The translations under genes were made by a program, and so were the position numbers. Shown one piece after another: positions 23,757 to 33,589 of a stretch of DNA of 40,000 nt. The stretch's first letter is position 1; each line of letters begins with the position of its first letter. The DNA lies in sequence record MN966732.1. The stretch is one strand, 5' to 3'. The notes under the pieces were generated by a model, which saw only the letters and a list, made by a program, of their open reading frames with translations, was not told the origin of the DNA and ran no database searches. The stretch is from Vibrio phage Chester.

Positions 23757-23786
23757 ATATACATAAATTGAAGAAGGAAACAGAAT

Positions 23787-24413
23787 ATGCAAATCACAGT
23801 AACTAAAGCACTTACTGAAATCAAAAAACTAGACAAGCAAATTGCTAAATTGACTCAACATGGTCAGTTCATTCTAGTATCTACTCGCGGTCGTGTAGCG
23901 GGTTTCACTTCTGTTGAAGAAGCAGGCAAAGCTGTTAAAAGCAACTTTGATAAAATTCAAGCTCTGATGAAGCGTCGTGCTAACATCAAAGCAAAAGTTA
24001 CAGCATCTAACGCTGCAACTAAGCTAACAATCGCTGGTAGCGAAATGACAGTAGCGGAAGCGATTGAACGCAAAGATTCAATCGAGATGGAAGAACACCT
24101 TCTTCAAGTAATGAAGAATCAGTTCAACCAAGCTGTTAATAAACAGGTTCGTCACGAAGCACAAGTTCAAGACGAAATCGACCGTAAGGTTGAGCAAGTC
24201 TTCGGTAATGCGAAGAAAATCGACACTAACGATGGCACTTACAAGGCTATCCGTGAGCAAGTCGAAGCAGCTAACAAGTTTGAGCTTGTTGACACGAACA
24301 AGCTAGCGGATCAAATCGAGCAGTTGGAAGACCGCATCGACGACTTCCGTGCTAACGTTGACGTAGAGTTGTCCGTTTCTAACGCGACTACCAGCATCGA
24401 AATCGACGATTAA
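23787..24413 (+). CDS. Hypothetical coiled-coil protein
   Basis: 208-aa ORF with GGAAACAG upstream. Confidence 0.8.
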   Translation: MQITVTKALTEIKKLDKQIAKLTQHGQFILVSTRGRVAGFTSVEEAGKAVKSNFDKIQALMKRRANIKAKVTASNAATKLTIAGSEMTVAEAIERKDSIEMEEHLLQVMKNQFNQAVNKQVRHEAQVQDEIDRKVEQVFGNAKKIDTNDGTYKAIREQVEAANKFELVDTNKLADQIEQLEDRIDDFRANVDVELSVSNATTSIEIDD

Positions 24414-24732
24414 TAAAATTTCTAGGGGTTGGTGAAAAGAAGTAACTAGCTCACTCTTCCAAAGCGGTAGGGAGTATAAACAATACCGCTTACCAAACTA
24501 ACTAATCGCATAGTATGATGAAATGATTTCGGACTTTGCCGTCCTAAGCCATTTACCTTAGTAAAAGTTCAGCTTTTAGCGTTCAAGATTTAAGTGTTAG
24601 TTTTTAAGTTTTAAGTATTACGCCTTACACGTTTATGCTTTATACGCTTATCAAATCCCTGAGTAGTTTAGTGAGTGTCGAGGCTATTGACTCCATTCTT
24701 TGTACAGGGCTGCCAATTCCTAGAACCCATTC

Positions 24733-24763
24733 AGCCCCTTAGCTATCAGCGAGGGGCTTTCTT
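24733..24763 (+). terminator. Rho-independent terminator
   Basis: AGCCCCT-TAGCTATCAGCG-AGGGGCT-TTCTT. Confidence 0.75.
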
Positions 24764-24778
24764 GTAGGTGTCAGATTT

Positions 24779-25045
24779 ATGACAAAAATTATTAATATAA
24801 AGAATGAAGATTGTGATGTGTATATCGGTAGAGGCTCTCCATTAGGTAATCCTTTTTCTCGTGCCACATTTGGGAGATTAAAAGCAATCGAACTGTATCA
24901 TGAACATTACTTACCTGCCATGAGAAAGCAAGGAAGAATTACGGACGATTACTTACGTTCTCTAAAGGGTAAAAGACTAGGATGCCATTGCAAGCCACAA
25001 CCTTGTCATGGAGATAAGCTAGTAGAGATTATAAACAATGTTTAA
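24779..25045 (+). CDS. DUF4326-like protein
   Basis: DVYIGRGSPLGNPFSRATFGRLKAIELYHEHYL...LRSLKGKRLGCHCKPQPCHGDKLVEI. Confidence 0.85.
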   Translation: MTKIINIKNEDCDVYIGRGSPLGNPFSRATFGRLKAIELYHEHYLPAMRKQGRITDDYLRSLKGKRLGCHCKPQPCHGDKLVEIINNV

Positions 25046-25409
25046 CCCATACGTAATCATTGGTGTACTTTCCTTATCGCTGGCAGGCGCAGGGTATTTT
25101 GGGTATTACCAAACCAAACAGTTAGGTGCAGCCGAAGCAAAGCTAGAAGCTGCCAATCTAGAAATTAAGAATAAAGAAGCTACCATTACACAGCTTCAAA
25201 TCGAAAATGGAAAAATTATCGAAAAAGCTCAACGGTATCAAGCTGATGTTCAGCGTGTACAGCTTGAGAAAGATAAAATAAAAGAAAAAGCCATTAAAGA
25301 CTTAGGTAGGGTCGAGAAGATCGCTAAAAGAAAGTCAAAATTATATGAGAAATTAATAAATAAAGATTATAAAAATACACAACGTCAATTGGAGGAGCTA
25401 ACCCAATGA
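25038..25409 (+). CDS. Inner-membrane spanin (Rz-like)
   Basis: N-terminal TM helix plus long coiled coil; overlaps a lipoprotein gene. Confidence 0.7.
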   Translation: MFNPYVIIGVLSLSLAGAGYFGYYQTKQLGAAEAKLEAANLEIKNKEATITQLQIENGKIIEKAQRYQADVQRVQLEKDKIKEKAIKDLGRVEKIAKRKSKLYEKLINKDYKNTQRQLEELTQ

Positions 25410-25696
25410 GATATTTAGCTACTCTTCTATTGCTAGTTGGCTGTGTGTCTGTAGAACCAAAACCTGATAATGTTACACTACAAACATATAAACCTACCAA
25501 ACCATCACCAGTACAAACCTATAATGTAGATTGGAAGGTAGATGCTAATGGCAATGTGTATCTTTCTAGTGAAGACGGTGTTAAAGTAAATGCTGAAAGA
25601 AAAGATACTCTAAGATATATTAAAGACATGCAAAATCTTGTATGTTACTACGAAGACTCATACTCATTCTGTAAGGAGAATATTAATGAAAAATAA
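25406..25696 (+). CDS. Outer-membrane spanin-like lipoprotein (Rz1-like)
   Basis: MRYLATLLLLVGC lipobox, Pro-rich segment, paired with the 25038 gene. Confidence 0.65.
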   Translation: MRYLATLLLLVGCVSVEPKPDNVTLQTYKPTKPSPVQTYNVDWKVDANGNVYLSSEDGVKVNAERKDTLRYIKDMQNLVCYYEDSYSFCKENINEK

Positions 25697-26333
25697 ATGC
25701 ACCGCTGGCTTTGCTCGTTCAGGAAAAGATACTTTTGCAGGATTTCTAGCAGATAAGCTAAATATTGATACATACGCTCTAGCTCAACCTATTAAGGATA
25801 TTATGTGCGCTCTATTTGGATGGAGTGACGAGCATCGTGATGGTTCTTATAAAGAAATAGAAATGTTGTACTCAATCTCACCTGAAACTCTTGATCAAGC
25901 GGGTATTCTATATAACCAATATGGACTAGACACCTATGAAGCATTCCATGATTGCTGGGATAAGCTTGTAATTCTATTCGGTATAGAAATCAAAGAAGAT
26001 GATCTAGGTTACTGTGTAATTAGTCCTAGACGCGCATTCCAACTATTTGGTACAGAGTGGGGCAGAGCTATCCATGACGATATTTGGCTAGAGATTGCTC
26101 CTAAAGAAAATACAATAATTACTGATGTTCGTTTCGACAATGAAGCTAAGTATTTCAGTGCGTTAGGTGCTGAAATAATTCACATTGAACGTCCTGGATT
26201 CAGACCAGTAACAAATGGACATGCTAGCGAAGCTGGTGTATCCTACGAGCTTGTAGACTTCTTTATTGTTAATGATAAAGGATTAAAAGAGTTACAAGAA
26301 GCCGCCAACGAAATAGCTAAGTCAGTGAAATAA
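25686..26333 (+). CDS. Deoxynucleoside monophosphate kinase
   Basis: TAGFARSGKDTFAGFLADKL Walker A; RRAFQLFGTEWGRAIHDDIWL; ITDVRFDNEAKYF. Confidence 0.85.
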   Translation: MKNKCTAGFARSGKDTFAGFLADKLNIDTYALAQPIKDIMCALFGWSDEHRDGSYKEIEMLYSISPETLDQAGILYNQYGLDTYEAFHDCWDKLVILFGIEIKEDDLGYCVISPRRAFQLFGTEWGRAIHDDIWLEIAPKENTIITDVRFDNEAKYFSALGAEIIHIERPGFRPVTNGHASEAGVSYELVDFFIVNDKGLKELQEAANEIAKSVK

Positions 26334-26341
26334 ATAAGTTT

Positions 26342-26372
26342 AAGCCCTTGCAGAGATGCAGGGGCTTTTTTG
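26342..26372 (+). terminator. Rho-independent terminator
   Basis: AGCCCTTGCA-GAGA-TGCAGGGGCT-TTTTT. Confidence 0.85.
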
Positions 26373-26416
26373 TATCTGAATAAAATGATCTTCGTGTAAC
26401 ATCTATTAAACATTTC

Positions 26417-26445
26417 TTTACATTTTTGTAAAATTCTCCTATAAT
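26417..26445 (+). promoter_or_regulatory. Promoter of the structural/fibre block (TTTACA-17-TATAAT)
   Basis: -35/-10 match, differs from the TTGCTA class; long 5' leader. Confidence 0.6.
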
Positions 26446-26488
26446 ATTAACAAATGTTGAACAAATATTTATAAGGAGAAAGAAATAA

Positions 26489-26824
26489 ATGGCATATCAA
26501 ATTTTTACAAGTGACAAGAAAGGTATTGGTGAAATCATTGAACTACCTATCTCCCCAGAGTACGCTCACTGTTTTGCAGGGGTTCGATACTTCGATTCTA
26601 ACGATGATCAAATAGTTCCTACATCTGGCTCAGTAAATATTAAAGCCAGACACCTAACTAATAACAACTATGATGACGTAGTTAATGCTGATCTAGATGC
26701 ATCAGAAGCAGGTGCGGAAGCAGAATGGGGTGGTAATGTTACCTCAGTAAAAGCAACGCCTTCTAGTCTTGCCGGAACAGATCTTGCTACATATCAAGTA
26801 GTGGTTGTTCAAAACCTAAGTTAA
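26489..26824 (+). CDS. Hypothetical structural/tail-associated protein
   Basis: First gene of the fibre block; MAYQIFTSDKKGIGEIIELP. Confidence 0.65.
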   Translation: MAYQIFTSDKKGIGEIIELPISPEYAHCFAGVRYFDSNDDQIVPTSGSVNIKARHLTNNNYDDVVNADLDASEAGAEAEWGGNVTSVKATPSSLAGTDLATYQVVVVQNLS

Positions 26825-26834
26825 GGAGAAAAAT

Positions 26835-29345
26835 ATGGGATTTGGCCCAGCCTATGGTACTGGTAGGGGCGGTGGAGCAGTAGACATCTTTACTAAAAAA
26901 GATGGAAACCCTGCCATTTTCGCCAATACTGGTGCTAGAGACACATACTTTACAACAAATCCTGATGAATTAGCTAAAGTAAAATCATCAGGTAATGCAG
27001 TAGCAATAGGTACTACTAACCAAATAACAGCCGCCTACGTATATAAAGGTAACGCATGGCAAGCAATAGCAACCAACTTCAAGGGTGACAAAGGTGCACC
27101 TGGAGCACCTGGTGATGGTATTGACTACAGCCACCTAGAAGATAATCAAGTACCTAAGTGGGACTCGAAAACTAAGATGTTTGTTAGTTCCGGTGTGCGC
27201 TCCCTAGAAGATGGCTCTATCTCCCTAGAACCAGCGTCACTACACTTAGGCTCTCACACTATTTCTAGTAGTGCAGAGAACGTAACATTTACTAACATTG
27301 TTACCCAAAAAGCATACGCGCCGTTATGGCAAGAGGTACAGCCTGGGGCTAAAACAGGGTACATTAGAGCTCACGATAACATGACTAGAGTGGACTTAGA
27401 GACTGATAACAGCACAGATCTAGTTAATCCTTCATTTATTTATACTGCTCCAGCGGATGCTTCCCTGTTCGGTGCCACTATTGAAGTAGCTGCTGATGCT
27501 ACTAATATGGAAATTCATGTAGAATTAGACGGGGATGAGCTGTGGCTTTACAGAATTGGAGATTTAGCTGCTGGTGTCCACACAATCTCATTTATGAACC
27601 CCGCAGACTTTAAGATGGGTAATAACTACAGAGTAGTAATAGGCAGCTCAGACGGTTCAGATGTAGTATTAAAAGGTAGCTCCTTTGGTAGACCAAAAGC
27701 AAACTTACAAGTAGCTTTATGGAGAGATGAAATTGTAGCTAGTAGAGAATGGTTGACCGAACAGGAAGTATTGAATGGGGTATCCATAGCTGGTACTCAA
27801 TTAAGCTTCACTACCTTGGACGGTACTACAAAAAACATTACACTGCCAGCTGGAGGCGGCCCAAGTGCTCCAAGCAATAATATTGATCCTATAGAGTTTA
27901 CTTCTGATTTAGCCCCTACAGCTGGAACCCTAACTGCGGCTATCCCAATGTATATATTTAAAGGTGATACAGAAAGTAGCTTAACATTACCAGATACTAT
28001 GGATTTACCTGCTGGACAGGATATTCTATTGTATGTTAAAAATGAGGCGACCTCTGCGAACTTAATAGTTAGAGCTACTACAGGTAATACAATAGATAGT
28101 GATACTGATACATCTTTTACTGTACCTCGCGGTAATTCTATAATCTTTGTAAGTGACGGTACACAAGATAAGTGGCATAGCTTACCTATATCTGTAGGTG
28201 GTGGGGGTCAGACTCTAAACACCAGTCAAATTATAAAAAGTATACAGCCAACAGCAAGTGGTACTGGTCTAGTTACTACATACTATGACGACTCAAGTAT
28301 AACTACCACATTCGATCCTTGGGTTTCGGATATTAATAAACTTAACGACGCTGTAGATACGCTACAAAAACAACTTAAATCTAAGACTAGATACTATGTG
28401 TATAAGGGAAGTAACACGCCACCGCCAGATATCCCAATTGGAGCTAGGGGCGGATACTACTTTACCTTTACAGGTACTTCAGTTGATGTGGTATTACCTG
28501 CACCAAGCAGAACAGCAGCTATATCTGATGGTACAATCCTGTTTGTTGATAACAATAGTACAAGCTATAAAGTGACTATAACAACCACTGGATCAGATAC
28601 TATTGCTGGTACTACTAAGGTTGATTTACCAGCTGAATCATCAGCTTGGTATGTTAGACATGGAAGTAACTGGCAAGAACTGTACTCAGGTTACCTACCA
28701 GAGTCGCATAAGAAGCTAATAGACGAGATAAAAACTCTAATCTCAGCAAGTAATACCTTTATGCGAGATGTTGGTGTCCAAGGTGACGATCCTAATGCTG
28801 GCAAAGTAGAATGTACAGAATTAGAGTTCCATAAGTGTAAGGTAACTCAAGATACTGTAGTACCTACTAAAGGTATTGTTAAGTTTGAAGGTACTACGTT
28901 TGTAAACCCAGACGGTTCAAAGATAACTACAGATATTATTAAATTAGTAGGTATGGAGTTGGTGGATCCACTAGATGGAACACCGCCTAAATTACTACTT
29001 CTTGGGGGTGGTAACTTACCTACTCCGCACCAAACAAGTGCGTATGGTTTCTTCAGCCCAGATGCCAATACACCTGATTCTATAGATCCTAATAGTCTTC
29101 CTGTGTTTAGGAACGGCAGGGTTACACTACATAAAGATACCACCGATGCACAATATGCATATGTTATATTACCACCTGGTGAAGGTACTGATGCTGAGAG
29201 AATTGGTGAACTTGGTGGTTTACCCTCTTACTGGGCTAAGAGTGATAAAATCTATAATATTGGTGGTGTTTCTAGAACATATACTGTGTTCCGCTCTCCT
29301 TACCCATTCAGGGAACAGGACTTAACATTAGTAATATATCATTAA
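26835..29345 (+). CDS. Large fibre-like / adhesin protein with short collagen-like segment
   Basis: 836 aa, beta-rich repetitive composition, GDKGAPGAPGDG linker. Confidence 0.7.
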   Translation: MGFGPAYGTGRGGGAVDIFTKKDGNPAIFANTGARDTYFTTNPDELAKVKSSGNAVAIGTTNQITAAYVYKGNAWQAIATNFKGDKGAPGAPGDGIDYSHLEDNQVPKWDSKTKMFVSSGVRSLEDGSISLEPASLHLGSHTISSSAENVTFTNIVTQKAYAPLWQEVQPGAKTGYIRAHDNMTRVDLETDNSTDLVNPSFIYTAPADASLFGATIEVAADATNMEIHVELDGDELWLYRIGDLAAGVHTISFMNPADFKMGNNYRVVIGSSDGSDVVLKGSSFGRPKANLQVALWRDEIVASREWLTEQEVLNGVSIAGTQLSFTTLDGTTKNITLPAGGGPSAPSNNIDPIEFTSDLAPTAGTLTAAIPMYIFKGDTESSLTLPDTMDLPAGQDILLYVKNEATSANLIVRATTGNTIDSDTDTSFTVPRGNSIIFVSDGTQDKWHSLPISVGGGGQTLNTSQIIKSIQPTASGTGLVTTYYDDSSITTTFDPWVSDINKLNDAVDTLQKQLKSKTRYYVYKGSNTPPPDIPIGARGGYYFTFTGTSVDVVLPAPSRTAAISDGTILFVDNNSTSYKVTITTTGSDTIAGTTKVDLPAESSAWYVRHGSNWQELYSGYLPESHKKLIDEIKTLISASNTFMRDVGVQGDDPNAGKVECTELEFHKCKVTQDTVVPTKGIVKFEGTTFVNPDGSKITTDIIKLVGMELVDPLDGTPPKLLLLGGGNLPTPHQTSAYGFFSPDANTPDSIDPNSLPVFRNGRVTLHKDTTDAQYAYVILPPGEGTDAERIGELGGLPSYWAKSDKIYNIGGVSRTYTVFRSPYPFREQDLTLVIYH

Positions 29346-29357
29346 GGAGTTAAAGAT

Positions 29358-31817
29358 ATGACAAAATTAACTGTAGGTACTCCTGTCACGTCCCCACTTA
29401 CTCCGGGGCGTGACGATACCAACATTTGGCCAACCCACCTAGCTAAATATGGTGGAGGAGGCCTGCATTTTGCTCCTGATATCGCTAGCAGGGATAATTT
29501 ATCTCTGCCTAGACGAGTTGGAGCAACAGTATTAGTAGACTCTAATGCTGATGGAGAACGCCAAGCATTTAAGTGGACAGGTGTCAACGATGATGGTACA
29601 AAGGCAGATGGTTCACAAGGTACATGGGAACCCACCGAGCTAGGCACACAAGATACCTTCTCTGGACTTACATTTGTTAATGCAGATGGCAGTACCACAT
29701 CTGATATCAGCGTGTTAGCGCTTAGCGGGCTCACGCTAAGCGGAGACCCTACTAATGGGTTTACCTTAACTAGCGACACAAACGGAGGTATCAATATCGG
29801 CACTCTTGGTGACGACTCCACCAAGACTAAAGCAGATACGTTAGAGGTAGAGTGGCCATTACAAGCATATAGTGATCCAGATAAGGCGGATACCGCTAAG
29901 GTGTCTTTAAAGCATGGATTATGGCAATTAGCTGAAGCCCCTAACTATCTAGCATACCTAAGTGATGAGGAAGGCATCTTAGCTAAAGTTAGAGTACAGG
30001 GAGGTAAAACTGAAGAGGACTTTACATTTAATCATGCTAAGTCTACTAAAGGTAAAATCTGGCCTGATTATGTTATCTGCCCACCAGGAAACTACATCGA
30101 GATAAAACGAGATGACAAATTGATTGGGTTACAAGAGGCAGACGACAAAGACCCTAACATTAGTGGCGGCATGACTTATTATATCGCATTTGTAGTATCT
30201 CCTTTAGGTAAAGCTCCTGTTGGGTTAGGGTTTATTAGACCTTACCTATTCGACGAAGCTAAGGACGATTTCGTAATGGACGTCAACGGGCACCCTCTAG
30301 GTACTCAAGTAAACTACAGGTCTGGACAAAGTCTAAAGCCTTCTGGAAATCCGATACTGGTAACAGGTTTGGTGAACGAGAAAGGCTTGGATGAATTCTC
30401 TATGATTGTAGAGGACGACTTCCCAGAAGGTAAGATTGTACTTGGCGACATGCTGTCCGGCCCAACTGGTATTATGATACAAGCAATTACTAAAGATAGT
30501 AAGTCTGGTAGTGCCTTACGCCAGTTCCAACTAGACACAGGTATAGTGCTAAGAGATGTTATTAAGTGGGTGGATCAAATAGAGTGCTCTCTAGCTTGGG
30601 GTATAAAAGGGTATTACGTACCCGCAACTTGGATTGCCTCTACTAAAGGTTGGCCAATGCCTAAGCGAGTAAGTTTATTTAATATTACTCCTGCTAAACT
30701 TTCTGTAGAAGATGGCTATTTAAGTATCGCAGCAACTACGGCAAGACAAGAAGATCAGGACAAGTATGGGGAACCTACTGTACCTTGTGATTTCTACGTA
30801 AGCGATATTTGTGATGCTGACCATACTAACATGATGGGAGGTAAGGAAGTAAGATTTGGGCTAACCTGTAAAGATAGTCTAGAAGATATGATCGTATCTC
30901 TAGTCTACTGGGACGGTACTCCAGATGAATACTCAGTAGTGTTCGACACTAGAAGTGGCGGTACTCCTGTTCTTAAAGATGGCTGGCATAAGCTTACTGC
31001 TACAGAGGTATCTCAAAATACAGTAGGTAGGGATGTTACCATAATTGGTAAGGCGGTACTTCCAGCAACTGCTACAAACTACGGTGTTATCGCATACCCT
31101 AAAACAGTAAATCACAGAGCAGATATTGAAATCAAAGACTTGTTCTTTGGGGCTGAGACTCCATTTACAGGATTTATATCAAAACGCCCTAAGTACCCTA
31201 GTGAAACGGCAATAGAGTACCATGAAGAAAAAGGTGTATTCTCCCAAGATAATGAGAAATACGTTAGCTTACGCTACACCTTAAACCCAACCAATGGTGA
31301 CGCACAGGGTAGTCCCCTGCCTTGTGGTGAATTAGTAAGCGGAGCTCTAGATGTTGCGGTAGACCCTAGAGTAAATAAAGTTGCAGGCTCAGGAGCAACT
31401 GGCGGTGAGGGTGCGTTGCAGTTCTCAAACGATGGTAAGTTCCATAACTACTATGAGTTTAAGAGAAATGGCCAAACAGAGACATCCCATAGTCATGTAT
31501 TCATACATCCTGGGGAAGCACTAAAAAAACCAGGCGACGTAGCTACCGTAAAACTATTCTGGTCTAAGGTATCTTTTGATGGACAATCCTTCTCTAAAAT
31601 TCCAGCTTCGGAAACAGAGATTATTGTGAGGTATGGGGATGCTCCGCAGATGGTAGTACTAAATGACTTCTCACTAGACCTACAGGGTGGGGATAGAATA
31701 GCATTCAGAGGATGGTGTAGTGTCGCTGATGGTGCTTACTTAATCTCTAATAGTAAAACCAGACCACTAGTAAACACCTCTGTTTACTACAAACGTCTAG
31801 AGATCAAAAAATCATAA
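29358..31817 (+). CDS. Large fibre-like structural protein
   Basis: 819 aa, low-Cys beta-rich; follows the 26835 gene with AAGGAG SD. Confidence 0.65.
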   Translation: MTKLTVGTPVTSPLTPGRDDTNIWPTHLAKYGGGGLHFAPDIASRDNLSLPRRVGATVLVDSNADGERQAFKWTGVNDDGTKADGSQGTWEPTELGTQDTFSGLTFVNADGSTTSDISVLALSGLTLSGDPTNGFTLTSDTNGGINIGTLGDDSTKTKADTLEVEWPLQAYSDPDKADTAKVSLKHGLWQLAEAPNYLAYLSDEEGILAKVRVQGGKTEEDFTFNHAKSTKGKIWPDYVICPPGNYIEIKRDDKLIGLQEADDKDPNISGGMTYYIAFVVSPLGKAPVGLGFIRPYLFDEAKDDFVMDVNGHPLGTQVNYRSGQSLKPSGNPILVTGLVNEKGLDEFSMIVEDDFPEGKIVLGDMLSGPTGIMIQAITKDSKSGSALRQFQLDTGIVLRDVIKWVDQIECSLAWGIKGYYVPATWIASTKGWPMPKRVSLFNITPAKLSVEDGYLSIAATTARQEDQDKYGEPTVPCDFYVSDICDADHTNMMGGKEVRFGLTCKDSLEDMIVSLVYWDGTPDEYSVVFDTRSGGTPVLKDGWHKLTATEVSQNTVGRDVTIIGKAVLPATATNYGVIAYPKTVNHRADIEIKDLFFGAETPFTGFISKRPKYPSETAIEYHEEKGVFSQDNEKYVSLRYTLNPTNGDAQGSPLPCGELVSGALDVAVDPRVNKVAGSGATGGEGALQFSNDGKFHNYYEFKRNGQTETSHSHVFIHPGEALKKPGDVATVKLFWSKVSFDGQSFSKIPASETEIIVRYGDAPQMVVLNDFSLDLQGGDRIAFRGWCSVADGAYLISNSKTRPLVNTSVYYKRLEIKKS

Positions 31818-31852
31818 AAGAGGGGTGAAAGCCCCTATTATAGGTAAAAACT

Positions 31853-32323
31853 ATGAATAAACTAAAACTACTAACGTTAGCAGTACTAACATCAGTAGGC
31901 ATGAGCGGAGCAGCTTTAGCAAATACAATTAATGCTGATTTCTCTACAAACCTACAAAGTTACTGTACTATTGGTCAAACCTCCCCAGGTATTATGAACC
32001 TAGATGGTAAAGCACTTACTACAGATACTCCTGCGCAACTTGTTGTAAACAACAACGATGCTGGTGTTTATCAAGTAAGTATTAATGCTCCTGCTGACTT
32101 TACAAATAAACCAAATAGCTATGCAGGTACTACATCGTTTACGTCAGCATTTGGTCTACAGGGGCAAAACCCTACAGACAACCCTGTTGCTAATGGTGCA
32201 ACTCATGCGCTAGCTAACAGTGGTACTGATAATATGAGTGTATCTCTATTTGGTACTTCTACAACTGACTTTACGGCAGGTAACTACTCGGCGGTAGTTG
32301 TAGCATCATGCGTAGCTCAGTAA
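31853..32323 (+). CDS. Exported spore-coat-U/Csu-type pilin-like protein
   Basis: Signal peptide ...SVGMSGAALA-NT; ending DFTAGNYSAVVVASCVAQ resembles SCPU/DUF4402 donor-strand pilins; Cys pair. Confidence 0.5.
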   Translation: MNKLKLLTLAVLTSVGMSGAALANTINADFSTNLQSYCTIGQTSPGIMNLDGKALTTDTPAQLVVNNNDAGVYQVSINAPADFTNKPNSYAGTTSFTSAFGLQGQNPTDNPVANGATHALANSGTDNMSVSLFGTSTTDFTAGNYSAVVVASCVAQ

Positions 32324-32715
32324 TACTATTAAGCCTATTAATCTCAGGGTGGGCAAATGCGCTCACCCTGTCACCAATGTATAAAGATGACTTGGTGTAC
32401 CAGGATTTATATATGGCTAAGTTTAAACTAGAGAATAATGGAGCAGATCTACAAGAGTATGATGTATCATTGCATAAAGACTCCCCAGAAGGCGAAATAC
32501 TATATACTTCAGAGGATGTACTAGGTGGTGATGGATATAAATCTTTAAGTGTTCCTATTTACGATATAAAACCAGATAAGTTACAAAAGTATTATATATG
32601 TGTAACGGAAAAGCCTAAGGAGAACCAAAAATGGGGTGTAGTTGGAAGAGCTTGTGCAAAAGTGCGATTATATTGGCCACAATCACAGCTACGTCAGTTA
32701 GCGCAGCAGGATTAA
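32308..32715 (+). CDS. Exported PapD-like one-domain chaperone candidate
   Basis: Signal peptide ...ISGWANA; FKLENNGADLQEYDVSLHK, KSLSVPIYDIKPDKLQKYYICVTEKP, RACAKVRLYWP. Confidence 0.45.
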   Translation: MRSSVILLSLLISGWANALTLSPMYKDDLVYQDLYMAKFKLENNGADLQEYDVSLHKDSPEGEILYTSEDVLGGDGYKSLSVPIYDIKPDKLQKYYICVTEKPKENQKWGVVGRACAKVRLYWPQSQLRQLAQQD

Positions 32716-33008
32716 TCCCTAGCCCAGAGCTACCTTACGGTAATGATTCAATACGTACACCGGATGGTTTCCAATGTTCTAGCGCCATAGCTCCCTCTGC
32801 TTACATGGATGCTGGTGTGTACCAAGAAGATGATAATAGTAAGTATGGGGACCCTGATAGGGGTGTGTACGTACGAATAATGGTACCCTTATACAGTGGT
32901 ACTAAGAGGCTTGATTGTAGTCAGCTTTACAAACAAGCATTAAAGGAGAGACAGCGTGAGCAAGCTCTCAGCAATATTAAAGACAACGTGTTTAAGTCTA
33001 ATAATTAG
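32631..33008 (+). CDS. Exported protein with Cys residues
   Basis: Putative signal peptide SAIILATITATSVSA-AG; overlaps upstream gene; start codon uncertain. Confidence 0.6.
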   Translation: MGCSWKSLCKSAIILATITATSVSAAGLIPSPELPYGNDSIRTPDGFQCSSAIAPSAYMDAGVYQEDDNSKYGDPDRGVYVRIMVPLYSGTKRLDCSQLYKQALKERQREQALSNIKDNVFKSNN

Positions 33009-33159
33009 TGGCTGTACATTTAACTTTACTATAGACACAGATTATGCATCACAAAGAGATCATGGTGGACCAATTGAAGAAGAAGTCACAACTCATAACA
33101 AAACTGAGACAGATCCTAATGTCGACGCGAACATAGAAGTTCCTGGAGCAGCCCTATGA
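32956..33159 (+). CDS. Small lipoprotein
   Basis: CLSLIISGC lipobox; start codon uncertain. Confidence 0.6.
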   Translation: MSKLSAILKTTCLSLIISGCTFNFTIDTDYASQRDHGGPIEEEVTTHNKTETDPNVDANIEVPGAAL

Positions 33160-33365
33160 GATTATCCCCAGATGTGGAAAGAATCCTAGAGGCTATTAAC
33201 ACCATAAAAGGTGGAGCAAGTATTGTTCCAGAAGACATAGACTCTGCAGTTAGTCACGTACTATCAGGCTTACCTAAAAATGCTCGAATGGAGTGTATAG
33301 GCATGAGACCTGAACAGAAACGTGCATTTTTACTTGGGTATGCAGCATGTATGCGCTTTCAATAA
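33156..33365 (+). CDS. Hypothetical protein
   Basis: ATGA overlap. Confidence 0.65.
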   Translation: MRLSPDVERILEAINTIKGGASIVPEDIDSAVSHVLSGLPKNARMECIGMRPEQKRAFLLGYAACMRFQ

Positions 33366-33453
33366 TATCAGCTGCAGCATGTACTAGTTATATACTAGAC
33401 TGGAGTATACCAAAATCATTAGCAGTATTATTTATTACTCTATTAATTATATA

Positions 33454-33480
33454 AGCCGAGGTTAAAAGCCTCGGCTTTTT
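33454..33480 (+). terminator. Rho-independent terminator
   Basis: GCCGAGG-TTAAAAG-CCTCGGC-TTTTT. Confidence 0.9.
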
Positions 33481-33539
33481 ATTTGTTACATGTCCATAAC
33501 ACTTCTCCCCACAAGTTCTTAACATCTCTATTAATTGTC

Positions 33540-33568
33540 TTGAAATTGAGACATTTATGTTATATACT
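33540..33568 (+). promoter_or_regulatory. Promoter upstream of holin (TTGAAA-17-TATACT)
   Basis: -35/-10 match. Confidence 0.6.
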
Positions 33569-33589
33569 AACAATTGGAGGTGTTTATTT

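Noticed and set aside
28847-30538. Minus ORFs in the fibre genes (28847, 29342, 30314, 30933)
   Set aside because: Antisense of beta-rich coding sequence, no SD.
26835-31817. Diversity-generating retroelement targeting the fibre genes
   Set aside because: No reverse transcriptase or template/variable repeat pair seen in the window.
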